Position numbers and translations under genes: made by a program. Of a stretch of 64,000 nt of DNA, positions 1 through 10,295 are shown one piece after another. This DNA is from Dehalococcoidia bacterium (GTDB taxonomy: Bacteria > Chloroflexota > Dehalococcoidia > UBA2979). The stretch's first letter is position 1. Every line of letters begins with the position of its first letter. The stretch covers positions 192,001 through 256,000 of the forward strand of contig OZ219871.1 of the NCBI GenBank assembly GCA_964291495.2, given 5' to 3'. The notes beneath the pieces were generated by a model. It was given only the letters and a program-made list of their open reading frames with translations, had not been told where the DNA came from and made no database searches.

Positions 1-318
1 CGCTCGAGGCTCGGCTACGTCTGGCGCATGGGGCTGCTCATCGCGGTCGGGACGCCGAAGGCGTTCCTCGGCGCGATGATCACCTTCAGCGAGTCGCTGC
101 TCTACGACTTCTACGACAACGTGGAGCCGATCATCGCCATCGAGCCGATCCGCGACCAGGAGATCGGCGGGCTGATCATGTGGGTGCCCGGCCAGATGAT
201 GTTCCTGATCGCCGCCGGCATCGTGTTCGCCGTCTGGGCGCACAAGGCGGAGCAGCGACAGCAGGCCGAGGAGGCCGAGCGGCTGGCCGCCGCGCAGGCG
301 GGCGCGACCTCGTCCTGA
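1..318 (+). CDS. ctaG: Cytochrome c oxidase assembly factor, caa3-type CtaG (5' truncated by window edge)
   Basis: Frame open from base 1; DQEIGGLIMWVPG motif typical of the CtaG C-terminus; adjacent to the cta operon. Confidence 0.85.
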   Translation, partial: RSRLGYVWRMGLLIAVGTPKAFLGAMITFSESLLYDFYDNVEPIIAIEPIRDQEIGGLIMWVPGQMMFLIAAGIVFAVWAHKAEQRQQAEEAERLAAAQAGATSS

Positions 319-344
319 CCTCGAGAGCACCGAGGCTCAACGAG

Positions 345-371
345 AACGGCCCCGCGGTCGGCGGGGCCGTT
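345..371. terminator. Bidirectional hairpin terminator between convergent ctaG and ctaF
   Basis: AACGGCCCCGC-GGTCG-GCGGGGCCGTT, perfect 11-bp stem. Confidence 0.75.
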
Positions 372-396
372 GGTTTGCGTGCGCGGGCGTTTCGCG

Positions 397-732
397 TCAG
401 ACGCCGTTGAGCAGGTCCGTGATGTCGGTCCAGAAGAGCGCGAGCAGGGCGATCATCACCCCAGCCGCGAGGACGAACGATCCGACGAACACGCGCGTCA
501 GCAACTGCGGCTCGAAGTAGAGGTGCATGAAGAAGGCGACGACCGCGACGAACTTGACCGCGGACAGCACGATCAGGATCGGGATCAGCAGGTCGCCCAG
601 GTCCACCCAGAGCGACGCGCCCAACTCGACGATGGTGATGACCGTGAGCGCCAGGCCGAGGCCGATGTACTGCCTCGGGGTGAGGCCGTGCTGCTCCCCG
701 GCGTGTGGTGCGTGGGATCCGCCGTGGCTCAT
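397..732 (-). CDS. ctaF: Cytochrome c oxidase subunit IV
   Basis: Three TM helices, KFVAVVAFFMHL motif, last gene of the cox operon. Confidence 0.9.
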   Translation of the reverse strand: MSHGGSHAPHAGEQHGLTPRQYIGLGLALTVITIVELGASLWVDLGDLLIPILIVLSAVKFVAVVAFFMHLYFEPQLLTRVFVGSFVLAAGVMIALLALFWTDITDLLNGV

Positions 733-769
733 CGCGTGCTCCGCTCCTCCCTGATCGGGTCCGCCGCGA

Positions 770-1489
<720 letters not shown>

Positions 1490-1502
1490 GTGTCGTCCTC
1501 GC

Positions 1503-3302
1503 CTACTCCGTGGGTTCCAGGACCCAGCCCCAGATCGCGTAGATGATCACCGGCACGCCCAGCGCCGTCACCGCGAGGTGCGAGAGCGGGCCGATGCCGA
1601 GCATCAGCACGCCGAGCGCCAGGACCAGCGGGTAGTAGGACGGCGGCGGCATGTGGATGTGCTCGTCCGGGTCGGCCTCGGGCTGGCTCAGGCCGTGGTC
1701 GCGGTCGTACCACAGCGGGTCGCGGGCGCGGACCTCGGGGATCGCGTCGAAGTCGTGCTCCGGCGGCGGCGAGCTCGTGGCCCACTCGAGGGTGGATCCA
1801 TCCCAGGGGTTGTCGTCGGCGGTCTTCGGCTGGCGCATGGTGCGCGCGACGTTGATGACGAAGATCAGCACCCCAAGCGCCAGGATGAAGGCGCCGACCG
1901 AGGCGAACATGTTCCAGAACTCCCAGCCGAGGCCCTCGTCGTAGGTGTAGATGCGCCGCGGCATCCCCGAGACGCCGAGGAAGTGCATCGGGAAGAAGGT
2001 CATGTTCAGGCCGATGAACATCAGCCAGAAGTTCCACTTCCCGAGTGTCTCGGAGAGGAAGCGCCCGGTCATCTTCGGCCACCAGTAGTAGAGCCCGGAG
2101 AAGAGGCCGACGATCGCGCCGCCGACGAGCACGTAGTGGAGGTGCGCGACGATGAAATAGGTGTCCTGCTGCTGCTGGTCGACCGGCGGCGAGGCGTGCA
2201 TCACGCCGGAGATACCGCCGATGGTGAACAGCGCGATGAAGGAGACGGAGAAGTACATGGCCGTCGTGAAGCGGATGCTGCCGCCCCACATCGTGCTCAG
2301 CCAGTTGAAGATCTTGATGCCCGTCGGCACCCCGATGATCATCGTGCTGGTTGCAAAGACCACGCGCGGGACGGCGCCGAGGCCGGTCGTGAACATGTGG
2401 TGGCTCCACACGGCCCAGCCGAGGAAGCCGATGGCGACGCCGGCGAAGACCATTGCCGCGTAGCCGAAGAGCGGCTTGCGGGAGAAGGTGGGGAGCACCT
2501 CGGAGACGATGCCCATCGCCGGGAGGATCAGGATGTAGACCTCCGGGTGCCCGAAGATCCAGAACAGGTGCTGCCAGAGGATCGGGTCCCCGCCGCCACT
2601 CGGCAGGAAGAAGCTCGTCGTGTACTGGCGGTCGAAGAGCAACTGGACCAGCGCGACGGTCAGCACCGGCAGCGCGAGGATCAGCAGGAAGGCCACGATC
2701 AGGGTCATCCAGACGAAGATCGGCATCCGCATCATCGTCAGGCCCGGCGCTCGCATGTTGATGATCGTGACGGCGAAGTTCAGCGCCGCCGCCAGCGAGG
2801 ACAGACCAAGGATCAGCAGGCCGATCACGTAGTAGTCCATGCCGCTGCCGGAGTACGTGCCCCCGCTGATCGGCGCGTAGGCGAACCAGCCGGTGTCCGG
2901 GGCGCCGCCGAGGAAGAAGCTGCTGGTCAGCACCAGCCCGCCGCCGAGGAAGATCCAGTAGGAAAGCGCGTTCAGCCGCGGGAACGCGACATCGCGCGCG
3001 CCGATCATCAACGGAATCATGAAGTTGAAGAACGCCGCCCCGAGCGGCATCACCGCGAGGAAGATCATCGTCAGCGCGTGCATCGTGAAAAGCTGGTTGT
3101 AGAGCTCCGGATCGATGACGCCGCCGTTCGGCACGGCGAGCTGAGCGCGGATCAGCAGCGCTTCGATCCCGCCGATGATGAAGAAGATGAAGGCGGACAC
3201 TCCGTAGAGGATGCCGATGCGCTTGTGGTCGACGGTCGTCAGCCAGGACCAGACCACGCCCTCGGCAGTCGGTGCGGCCATCGTGCCGGCAACGGTTGCC
3301 AT
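1503..3302 (-). CDS. ctaD: Cytochrome c oxidase subunit I (A1 type)
   Basis: TTVDHKRIG, WIFGHPEVY, VWSHH and AHLHYV motifs. Confidence 0.98.
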   Translation of the reverse strand: MATVAGTMAAPTAEGVVWSWLTTVDHKRIGILYGVSAFIFFIIGGIEALLIRAQLAVPNGGVIDPELYNQLFTMHALTMIFLAVMPLGAAFFNFMIPLMIGARDVAFPRLNALSYWIFLGGGLVLTSSFFLGGAPDTGWFAYAPISGGTYSGSGMDYYVIGLLILGLSSLAAALNFAVTIINMRAPGLTMMRMPIFVWMTLIVAFLLILALPVLTVALVQLLFDRQYTTSFFLPSGGGDPILWQHLFWIFGHPEVYILILPAMGIVSEVLPTFSRKPLFGYAAMVFAGVAIGFLGWAVWSHHMFTTGLGAVPRVVFATSTMIIGVPTGIKIFNWLSTMWGGSIRFTTAMYFSVSFIALFTIGGISGVMHASPPVDQQQQDTYFIVAHLHYVLVGGAIVGLFSGLYYWWPKMTGRFLSETLGKWNFWLMFIGLNMTFFPMHFLGVSGMPRRIYTYDEGLGWEFWNMFASVGAFILALGVLIFVINVARTMRQPKTADDNPWDGSTLEWATSSPPPEHDFDAIPEVRARDPLWYDRDHGLSQPEADPDEHIHMPPPSYYPLVLALGVLMLGIGPLSHLAVTALGVPVIIYAIWGWVLEPTE

Positions 3303-3341
3303 CGTCGTGCTCCTCCCCAGGCTCCGCGCGCCCGCCGCTAC

Positions 3342-4445
3342 CTACTGTAGCCCAAGCAGGTAGACGGCGATCGCCTCGATCTGCTCGCGTGTCAGGACCG
3401 TCTCGAAGGCGGGCATGAACCGCGCCGTGTCGTCGTTGTAGTCCGCGCCGGGCTTCTCCCGATCGGGGTTGCTGATCCAGGCCACCAGGTTCTCGAAGTT
3501 CGTGTCGAGGATGCCCGCGGCGATCGTGCTGCGCGACCCGACGTGGGTCAGGTTCGGGCCGATCTTGCCCACCGCGCCGGGGGCGCCGGCCACGGTGTGG
3601 CATCCGGTGCAGCCGAGGATTCCGCCACCACCGCCGGGGAGGGTCCAGACCGGGGTCAGGAACAGCTCCTGTCCCAGCTGCGCCAGCTCGTCCGCAGGCT
3701 CCACGCCGTTCGCCTGCTCGTTGGCCACCCAGGCGTCGAAGCCCTCGGGCGTGTCGACGAAGACGCGGAAGCGCATGTTGGCGTGCGCGGTGCCGCAGAA
3801 CTCGGCGCACTGGCCGAGGTAGGCCTCGGCGCGGGCGGCGTCCTCGTGAGGCGTGAACCAGAGGTCGTTCGCGTGGCCGGGCACCATGTCCACCTTGCCA
3901 GCCAGCTGCGGTACCCAGAAGGAGTGAATCACGTCGTTGGAGAGGAGGTTGAAGGTAACGGCGCGGCCAGCCGGGATGTGCAGCTCGTTCGCCGTGACGA
4001 GGTCGTCGTACTCGCCGTCATTGTCGAGGTCGTACTGGAACTCGAACCACCACTGGTGGCCAATGGCGTTGACCCGCAGCGCGTCGTCGGGTGCCGGCTT
4101 GCTGCTGTCCGCGATGACCTGCCAGGTGGGCACCGCCATGATCACGACGAGCACGACGGGGATCAGCGTCCACACGATCTCGAGGCGCGTGTTGCCGTGG
4201 ATCTGCTTCGCGACGCGGCCCGGCCGCTCGCGGTACCAGAAGGCAAGGCCGACGGTGAGCGCGAGGATGCCGATGAAGACGGCCATGCCCAGCCAGAACG
4301 TCAGCAGATAGACGAACTGGATGTCGTCGGCGAAGTTCGACTTGGGATCGACGGTCGTCTGGGGGTCGCTGCACGCCGCCAGCGCGAGGGCGAAGGCGAG
4401 CAGGGCAACCGGGGCGAGGCGCCGGAGGCTGCGGGAACTGCGCAC
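3342..4445 (-). CDS. ctaC: Cytochrome c oxidase subunit II with fused cytochrome c (caa3), lipoprotein
   Basis: GTG start after GGAGGGAG RBS; lipobox LAAC; CuA ligands DVIHSFW and CAEFCGTAHANM; heme c motif CTGCH. Confidence 0.95.
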   Translation of the reverse strand: MRSSRSLRRLAPVALLAFALALAACSDPQTTVDPKSNFADDIQFVYLLTFWLGMAVFIGILALTVGLAFWYRERPGRVAKQIHGNTRLEIVWTLIPVVLVVIMAVPTWQVIADSSKPAPDDALRVNAIGHQWWFEFQYDLDNDGEYDDLVTANELHIPAGRAVTFNLLSNDVIHSFWVPQLAGKVDMVPGHANDLWFTPHEDAARAEAYLGQCAEFCGTAHANMRFRVFVDTPEGFDAWVANEQANGVEPADELAQLGQELFLTPVWTLPGGGGGILGCTGCHTVAGAPGAVGKIGPNLTHVGSRSTIAAGILDTNFENLVAWISNPDREKPGADYNDDTARFMPAFETVLTREQIEAIAVYLLGLQ

Positions 4446-4680
4446 CGGGGCTCCCTCCGTCAATCGCGCGCGCTCAGCGAGCACAATGCGCGCGATCCCC
4501 CAACGCGAGGCTATGGCTATCATTGGGCCGTGTCGGGGTCAAGCGCGAAGCGGGTCGGCAAGCGTCCCGGCGCAGCCCTCGCGGGGCCCTCCGTCGACGC
4601 TCAGGAGCCGTTTCGGACGGCGCCGGCGAGCCGATCTCGCCCGCTGAAATGCCGCGCCGAAGCGCCCCGGCGAAGCAGGT

Positions 4681-5274
4681 GTGACGATGATCATCGCGGC
4701 CGCGCGGACCTTCGCACGCTCGCTGCACGGCCGGCTGCTCGTGGTCGGCGTCGGCTCCGCCGCGCTCGCGCTGATCGCGGTGCTGGCGATCGCCTCGCTG
4801 CGCGATGTCGGGCAGGACCCGCTCGGCGCGGTCGATCCCGGCATCGAGCGGGCGGCCGAGTTCAGCCTCCCCGCGCTCGGCGGCGGCGAGGTCGCGATCG
4901 CTGACTACGCCGACGGGCCGATCTTTCTCTACTTCTGGGCCTCCTGGTGCGCCCCGTGCGAGCGCGAGGCGCCCCTGATCGAGCAACTCTGGAGCGAGTA
5001 CGAGGCTCGCGGCTACGCCTTTCTTGGGATCAATATCCTCGACAGCGAGCGCGAGGCGCGGCGCTTTGTCGAGCGCCACGGCCTGACGTTCCCCTCGCTG
5101 GTGGACGCCGACGGCGAGGTCTACCTGGAGTTCGGCGTGAACGGCGTGCCGGAGGCGTACTTCCTCTCGCCGGGCCTGCAGGTGCGGCACAAGTTCCTGG
5201 GGGAACTGCGCGAAAGCGAGTTCCGCGAGATGCTGGAAGCGATCATGACGGCCGGCGGCGGTTCCGAGTCATGA
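4681..5274 (+). CDS. Membrane-anchored TlpA/ResA/CcmG thiol-disulfide reductase
   Basis: N-terminal TM; FWASWCAPC; GVPE cis-Pro motif; first gene of the ccm operon. Confidence 0.9.
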   Translation: MTMIIAAARTFARSLHGRLLVVGVGSAALALIAVLAIASLRDVGQDPLGAVDPGIERAAEFSLPALGGGEVAIADYADGPIFLYFWASWCAPCEREAPLIEQLWSEYEARGYAFLGINILDSEREARRFVERHGLTFPSLVDADGEVYLEFGVNGVPEAYFLSPGLQVRHKFLGELRESEFREMLEAIMTAGGGSES

Positions 5275-5317
5275 CCCGGGAGCGACCGACGGCCGAGGGC
5301 GCAGTGAAGCGAGTGCG

Positions 5318-5761
5318 ATGAGCGGTCTCCGCAACCTCGTCAGCCGCGGCCCCCTCGCCAGCCAGCGAGGGCGCCTGATCGCGATCCTCGTGATCGCGAC
5401 CGCCGCGATCACGGCGATGGCGGTGCAGGCCTTCGACGGCGCCTACTACGCCACGCCCGAGGAGTTCGCCCAGGAGCTCGACGCCGAGGGCCGCCGCTGG
5501 CGCGTCGGCGGCCGCGTCGTCGACGGCACGATCGTCGAGCAGAACGGCCGCCCCGTGAGCTGGCTGATCGAGGGCGAAGAGGGCGAGACGATGCGCATCG
5601 AGTACGACGGCGCGGTGCCGGGGCTGTTCGGCCCTCGCGCCTTCGTGGTCGTCGAGGGCGTCGCCGCCGGCGAGGGGCTGCTGCAGGCGACGAGCGTGAT
5701 CATCCGCCACGAGCCGGAGTTCGTGACCGACGCCGAAGACGCCTCGATCGCGGCGCCCTGA
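5318..5761 (+). CDS. ccmE: Heme chaperone CcmE
   Basis: TM, YYATPEE, RVGGRVVDGTI, YDGAVPGLF, VVVEG; heme-binding site reads RHEPEF. Confidence 0.85.
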   Translation: MSGLRNLVSRGPLASQRGRLIAILVIATAAITAMAVQAFDGAYYATPEEFAQELDAEGRRWRVGGRVVDGTIVEQNGRPVSWLIEGEEGETMRIEYDGAVPGLFGPRAFVVVEGVAAGEGLLQATSVIIRHEPEFVTDAEDASIAAP

Positions 5762-5785
5762 CGAGGCGAGCGCGAGGCCGCCCGC

Positions 5786-7798
5786 ATGAACCTCACCGCC
5801 ACCATCGGAGCCGCCGCCGTGCTGACCGCGCTCGCGGCGGCGCTGTTCGCCGTCGGCGCGGCGCTGGCGGCCCTGCGCGGTCGGCCCGAGCTGCTGCTCG
5901 CAGCGCGGCGGGCGCTGCCGGTCGCCGCCGGCTTCACGACGCTCGCGCTCGCCACGCTCGCCTACGCGCTGCTCAACGACGACTTCTCGCTCTCGCACGT
6001 CGCCCAGGTCTCCTCGAGCGAGATGCTGCCGCACATGAAGTGGGCCGCGCTCTACAGCGGGCAGCCGGGCTCGCTGCTGTTCTGGACCTGGCTGCTCTCG
6101 CTGTTCCTCGCCGCATTCGCGCTGATCACCGTGCCGCGCATCCCCTGGGGCTCGGCGGCGGCCGTGGCGATCAGCGGCGGTATCCTCGCCGCCTTCCTGC
6201 TCCCCGTCGCCTTCCTCGCCTCGCCCTTCGAAGTCAGCCCCGTCACGCCCGAGGACGGCGTCGGCCTCAACCCCCTGCTCGTCGACCGCTCGATGCTGGT
6301 CCACCCGCCATTCATGCTCGCCGGGCTGGTCAGCACCTCGGTCCCGTTCGCCCTCGGGGCGGCGGCGCTGCTGTCCGGGCGGATCGACGGGCGCTGGCTG
6401 CGCAGCGTGCGGCACTGGGCGCTGCTCTCCTGGCTGCTGCTCAGCATCGGCAACCTGCTCGGGGCGTTCTGGGCCTACACCACGCTCGGCTGGGGCGGCT
6501 ACTGGGGCTGGGACCCGGTCGAGAACTCGGCGCTCCTTCCGCTGCTCCCGATGACCGCGTTCGTGCACTCGATGATGGTCCAGGAGCGGCGCGGGATGCT
6601 GAAGCTGTGGAACCTCGCGCTGGTCCTCGCGGCCTTCGCGCTCGCCGTCTTCGGAACCTTCAACGTGCGCAGCGGGCTGGTCGCCTCCGTGCACTCGTTC
6701 GCCGTCTCCGACGTGGGACCGTACTTCCTCGCGCTGCTCGGGCTGACCCTGCTCGGCTCGGTCGTGCTGCTGGCGCTGCGCAGCGGGCGGCTGCAGGCCG
6801 AGCACGACTTCGAGTCGCTGGCCTCGCGGGAGAGCTCGCTGATCGTGAACAACTACCTGTTCACGGTGATCGCGCTGATCGTGCTCGGCGGGACGCTCTT
6901 CCCCGTCTTCTCCGAGTTGCTGCAGGACGCGCGCATCACCGTCTCCGCGCCGTTCTACAACGACGTCGTCGGCCCGCTGCTCGTCGTGCTGCTGGTGCTG
7001 ATGGCGATCGGCACGGTGCTGCCCTGGCGCCGCGCCTCGCGCGTCACGCTGCTGCGCCGCTTCCGAGGGCCGGTGGCTGTGGCGCTGCTGAGCCTCGCGC
7101 TGCTTGTCACGCTCGGGGTGCGCGACCGCTACGCCCTCGCCGGACTGATCGCAGCCGCGGTGCTGCTCTACGTCACGCTGCGCGAGTTCGCGCTCGGGGC
7201 GCGCGCGCTGCGGGCGGCGAGCGGGCGGCACTGGCCCGCCGCCGTGCTCGCGCTGTTCGAGCGCGACCGGCGTCGCTACGGAGGCTACCTGGTGCACCTC
7301 GGGCTGGCCGTGATGGCGATCGCCGCCGTCTCCTCCAGCGTCTACCAGGAGCAGACACGCGCGCTGGTCGCGCCCGGCGAGTCGTTCGAGATCGGGCGCT
7401 ACAGCCTCGAGTACATCGGCCTGCGCGAGCGCACGGACCTGGCGAACGGCATCGAGTCCGAGGTGGTGTCGCTGCTGCGCGTGCAGGACGGCGGCGAGTT
7501 CGTTGCCGTGCTCGAGCCGGGGCGGCGCTTCTTCCCCAACTTCCCCGGCCAGCCGCTCACGAAGGTGGACATCGAGACGGGCCTGCGCGAGGACCTCTAC
7601 GTCTTCCTCCAGGGCTGGGACTCCGAGGGCGTCGCGGAAATCAGCGCCTTTGTGAACCCGCTGATGATCTGGCTGTGGATCGGGGCCGGCGTCTACGTCG
7701 CGGGCGGCCTCGTGGTCTTCGCACCCGTGCAGGCGCCCGCGACGCAGCGGCGCGAGCTGCCCGCCTCCGGCGCGGCTGGACCGGTTTCGGAGGCCTGA
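5786..7798 (+). CDS. ccmF: Cytochrome c heme lyase CcmF
   Basis: HPP, WGGYWGWDPVEN and SVHSFA motifs. Confidence 0.97.
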   Translation: MNLTATIGAAAVLTALAAALFAVGAALAALRGRPELLLAARRALPVAAGFTTLALATLAYALLNDDFSLSHVAQVSSSEMLPHMKWAALYSGQPGSLLFWTWLLSLFLAAFALITVPRIPWGSAAAVAISGGILAAFLLPVAFLASPFEVSPVTPEDGVGLNPLLVDRSMLVHPPFMLAGLVSTSVPFALGAAALLSGRIDGRWLRSVRHWALLSWLLLSIGNLLGAFWAYTTLGWGGYWGWDPVENSALLPLLPMTAFVHSMMVQERRGMLKLWNLALVLAAFALAVFGTFNVRSGLVASVHSFAVSDVGPYFLALLGLTLLGSVVLLALRSGRLQAEHDFESLASRESSLIVNNYLFTVIALIVLGGTLFPVFSELLQDARITVSAPFYNDVVGPLLVVLLVLMAIGTVLPWRRASRVTLLRRFRGPVAVALLSLALLVTLGVRDRYALAGLIAAAVLLYVTLREFALGARALRAASGRHWPAAVLALFERDRRRYGGYLVHLGLAVMAIAAVSSSVYQEQTRALVAPGESFEIGRYSLEYIGLRERTDLANGIESEVVSLLRVQDGGEFVAVLEPGRRFFPNFPGQPLTKVDIETGLREDLYVFLQGWDSEGVAEISAFVNPLMIWLWIGAGVYVAGGLVVFAPVQAPATQRRELPASGAAGPVSEA

Positions 7799-7799
7799 G

Positions 7800-8321
7800 A
7801 TGAGCCCGGCAGTGCGGCGGCGGATCGGGATCGGCGCGGCGGCGGTCGCCGCCGTAGCCATCGTCGCGCTGGCGGCGCTGCTGGCGCTCGCCCCGCCCGG
7901 CGGGGAGGCGAGCGCGCCGGACCCCGAGGCGCAGGCGCTGCAACTCGAACGCCAGCTGCTCTGCCCGAAGTGCACGAACCTGCGCCTCGACCAGTGCGAG
8001 CTGCAGGTCTGCCACGACATGCGCCGCGAGATCCGCGACCAACTCGCAGCGGGGGCGAACAACGACGACGTGCTGCTCTTCTTCTCCAGCCGCTTCGGCG
8101 ACCGCGTGCTGGCCGATCTGCCGCGCTCCGGCTTCAACCTCGTGCTCTTCGGCTGGGTCGGCGGCTCGATCGTGCTCGTCGCCCTCGGAGGCGGCGTGAC
8201 GCTGTGGCGGCTGCGGCGCAGCGCCCGGCCGCTCGCCGCCGCCGGAGCGCCCTCCGAGGTCGACGAGCGCTGGCTCGACGAGCAGCTCGACGCGGGCGGC
8301 GAGGGAGAGGTCGGCGCCTGA
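7800..8321 (+). CDS. ccmH: Cytochrome c biogenesis protein CcmH
   Basis: LLCPKC motif followed by MRREIRDQL and FGDRVL; flanking TMs. Confidence 0.9.
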   Translation: MSPAVRRRIGIGAAAVAAVAIVALAALLALAPPGGEASAPDPEAQALQLERQLLCPKCTNLRLDQCELQVCHDMRREIRDQLAAGANNDDVLLFFSSRFGDRVLADLPRSGFNLVLFGWVGGSIVLVALGGGVTLWRLRRSARPLAAAGAPSEVDERWLDEQLDAGGEGEVGA

Positions 8322-8608
8322 TGGAGTGGCTGGTCCTGCTGCTGTTCGCCGCGCTGGCAGCGCTGCTGATCGGCCTGCCGCTGCGCCGAGCGCCCGCCGG
8401 GCCGGCCCCCGAGGCGCCCTCGCTGGAGGCGCTGCGCGAGGAGCACGCCCGGCTGCTCGCGGAGCTGCGCGAGCTGGACGACGACGCGGCGAGCGGCCGC
8501 ATCGCCGGCGCTGAGCGGCTCTCGGGGCGGCGCGCGCTCGGGCCCCGCCTGCGCGAGCTGACCGAGATGCTGCGCGCGGAGGGCGACGACGTGCGCGGAC
8601 GGGCGTGA
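8321..8608 (+). CDS. Small CcmI-N-terminus-like membrane protein
   Basis: TGATG coupling to ccmH; N-terminal TM, then LRELDDDAASGRI resembling the CcmI cytoplasmic loop. Confidence 0.65.
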   Translation: MEWLVLLLFAALAALLIGLPLRRAPAGPAPEAPSLEALREEHARLLAELRELDDDAASGRIAGAERLSGRRALGPRLRELTEMLRAEGDDVRGRA

Positions 8609-9624
8609 TCCGCGCCATCCCGCTGCTGCTCGCGCTCGCCCTCGGCGGCGCGCTGGCGGGCGCTGCAGCGCCCGCCACGGGGCAGACACCCGACGGCGAG
8701 ATCCGCGGCCGCATCGTGCAGGCCAGCGCGGACGCCCCCGCTCCCGAGGGCATCCCCGTGGAGCTGATCATCCTCGGCGGCGCGAGCGGGCTGGAGACGG
8801 TGAGGACGGTGAGTGGCGAGGGCGGGGCGTTCCTGTTCGAGGCGCCCGCCGATCCGCAACGCACCTACGTCGTGCGCGTCGAGCATCAGGGCGTGCAGTA
8901 CCTCTCGCCGCCGCTGCTGCTCTCCCGCGAGCTGCCCTCGATTGACACCGAGATCACGATCTACGAGGCGACACGGGAGCGCCCCGGCCTGCGCATCGAG
9001 TCGACCCTCGTGACGTTGCTCGCACTCGACCGCGCCGCCGCGCAGCTGACGATCGAGCGCACCGACGAGGTGCTGAACCCCGGTGACCGCATCTACCTGG
9101 GCGACGAGGAGGGCGTGACGCTGCGGCTGCCGCTGCCGGACAACGTTGCGGGGGCGTCCGGCGCGGGCACGGACAGCGGCTTCGTCCTCGAAGGCGGCGT
9201 CCTCGCCGCGACGATCACGCTGCGGCCCGGCGTCACCTCGGTCGTCACGCGCTACGTGGTCGGCTACGATCGCGCCGAGGACGCCTACACCCTGCGTGTC
9301 ACCGCGCCGCTCCCGACAGCGCGCATGGAGATCGAAGTGCCCGCCCGTTTCGTCCAGGACCTCGACCCGCTCGGTGAGAGCGATCGCGCGGACGCGCGCG
9401 AGGTCGCCGGCGAGCGCGTCGAGGTGATCGCACGCGCGGCGGCGCGGCCGGGCGAGAGCGTCAGCGTACGCCTCGAGGGGCTGGCCGGGCGCAACGCCGC
9501 GAACCCGCTGACCGGCCGGGGCGGCGCGCTGATCGGCGTGCTGCTCGCGCTCGTGGTGAGCGGCGGCGGGGCGCTGCTGCTGCGCGCCGGCCTGCGACGC
9601 GCGGGCGTTGGAGCGGACGGGTGA
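8605..9624 (+). CDS. Secreted beta-rich protein with C-terminal TM anchor, unknown function, within the ccm operon
   Basis: Signal peptide, carboxypeptidase-regulatory-like N domain, C-terminal TM; overlapping start/stop on both sides. Confidence 0.7.
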   Translation: MIRAIPLLLALALGGALAGAAAPATGQTPDGEIRGRIVQASADAPAPEGIPVELIILGGASGLETVRTVSGEGGAFLFEAPADPQRTYVVRVEHQGVQYLSPPLLLSRELPSIDTEITIYEATRERPGLRIESTLVTLLALDRAAAQLTIERTDEVLNPGDRIYLGDEEGVTLRLPLPDNVAGASGAGTDSGFVLEGGVLAATITLRPGVTSVVTRYVVGYDRAEDAYTLRVTAPLPTARMEIEVPARFVQDLDPLGESDRADAREVAGERVEVIARAAARPGESVSVRLEGLAGRNAANPLTGRGGALIGVLLALVVSGGGALLLRAGLRRAGVGADG

Positions 9625-10295
9625 TCGAGGCGCGCGGGCTGACGAAGCGCTTCGGGAGCGCATTCGCCGTCGACCACGTCTCGTTCGAGGTCGCCGAGGG
9701 CGCGAAGGTCGCGCTACTCGGGGCCAACGGCGCGGGCAAGACGACGCTGCTCGCGCTGCTCTCCACGCTGCTCTCGCCAAGCGAGGGCGAGGCCACCGTG
9801 GCCGGGCACGACCTCGCCTCGGGTGGCTCGGCGCTGCGCGCCTCGATCGGGGTGCTGACGCACCGGCCGATGCTCTACGAGGAGCTGACGCCGGAGGAGA
9901 ACCTGCGCTTCTTCGCGCGCCTCTACTCCGTCGCCGACGCCGACGAGCGCATCGAGGAGCTGCTGCGCGCGGTGGGGCTGTGGCTGCGCCGCGACGAGCC
10001 CACGGCCGTGCTCTCGCGCGGCTACCACCAGCGGCTCGCGATCGCCCGCGCGCTGCTGCACCGCCCGCCCGTGCTGCTGCTCGACGAGCCGGAGACCGGC
10101 CTCGACCGCGAGGCGCTCGATGTGCTGGACCGGCTGGTGCTGCACGCGCCGGGTCTGACGGTGCTCGCCGCCACGCACCTGCGCGATCGCGTCGCCTCCT
10201 GGGCTGACGGCGTGCTGGAGCTGGAGCGCGGGCGGCTGCTCGATGGCGGCGAGGTCACGGAGGCGTCGGGCCTCGCGGCGGGAGCGGCGCGATGA
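9621..10295 (+). CDS. ccmA: Heme ABC exporter ATPase CcmA
   Basis: Walker A GANGAGKT, LSRG signature, LLLDEP; precedes ccmB. Confidence 0.93.
   Translation: MIEARGLTKRFGSAFAVDHVSFEVAEGAKVALLGANGAGKTTLLALLSTLLSPSEGEATVAGHDLASGGSALRASIGVLTHRPMLYEELTPEENLRFFARLYSVADADERIEELLRAVGLWLRRDEPTAVLSRGYHQRLAIARALLHRPPVLLLDEPETGLDREALDVLDRLVLHAPGLTVLAATHLRDRVASWADGVLELERGRLLDGGEVTEASGLAAGAAR

Noticed and set aside
5243-8689. 1148-aa minus-strand ORF, and similar long ORFs at 1363..3810, 27001..29703, 41942..43615 and 56862..58994
   Set aside because: Arg/Ala/Pro-rich shadow frames of well-supported genes, a normal artefact of very high GC
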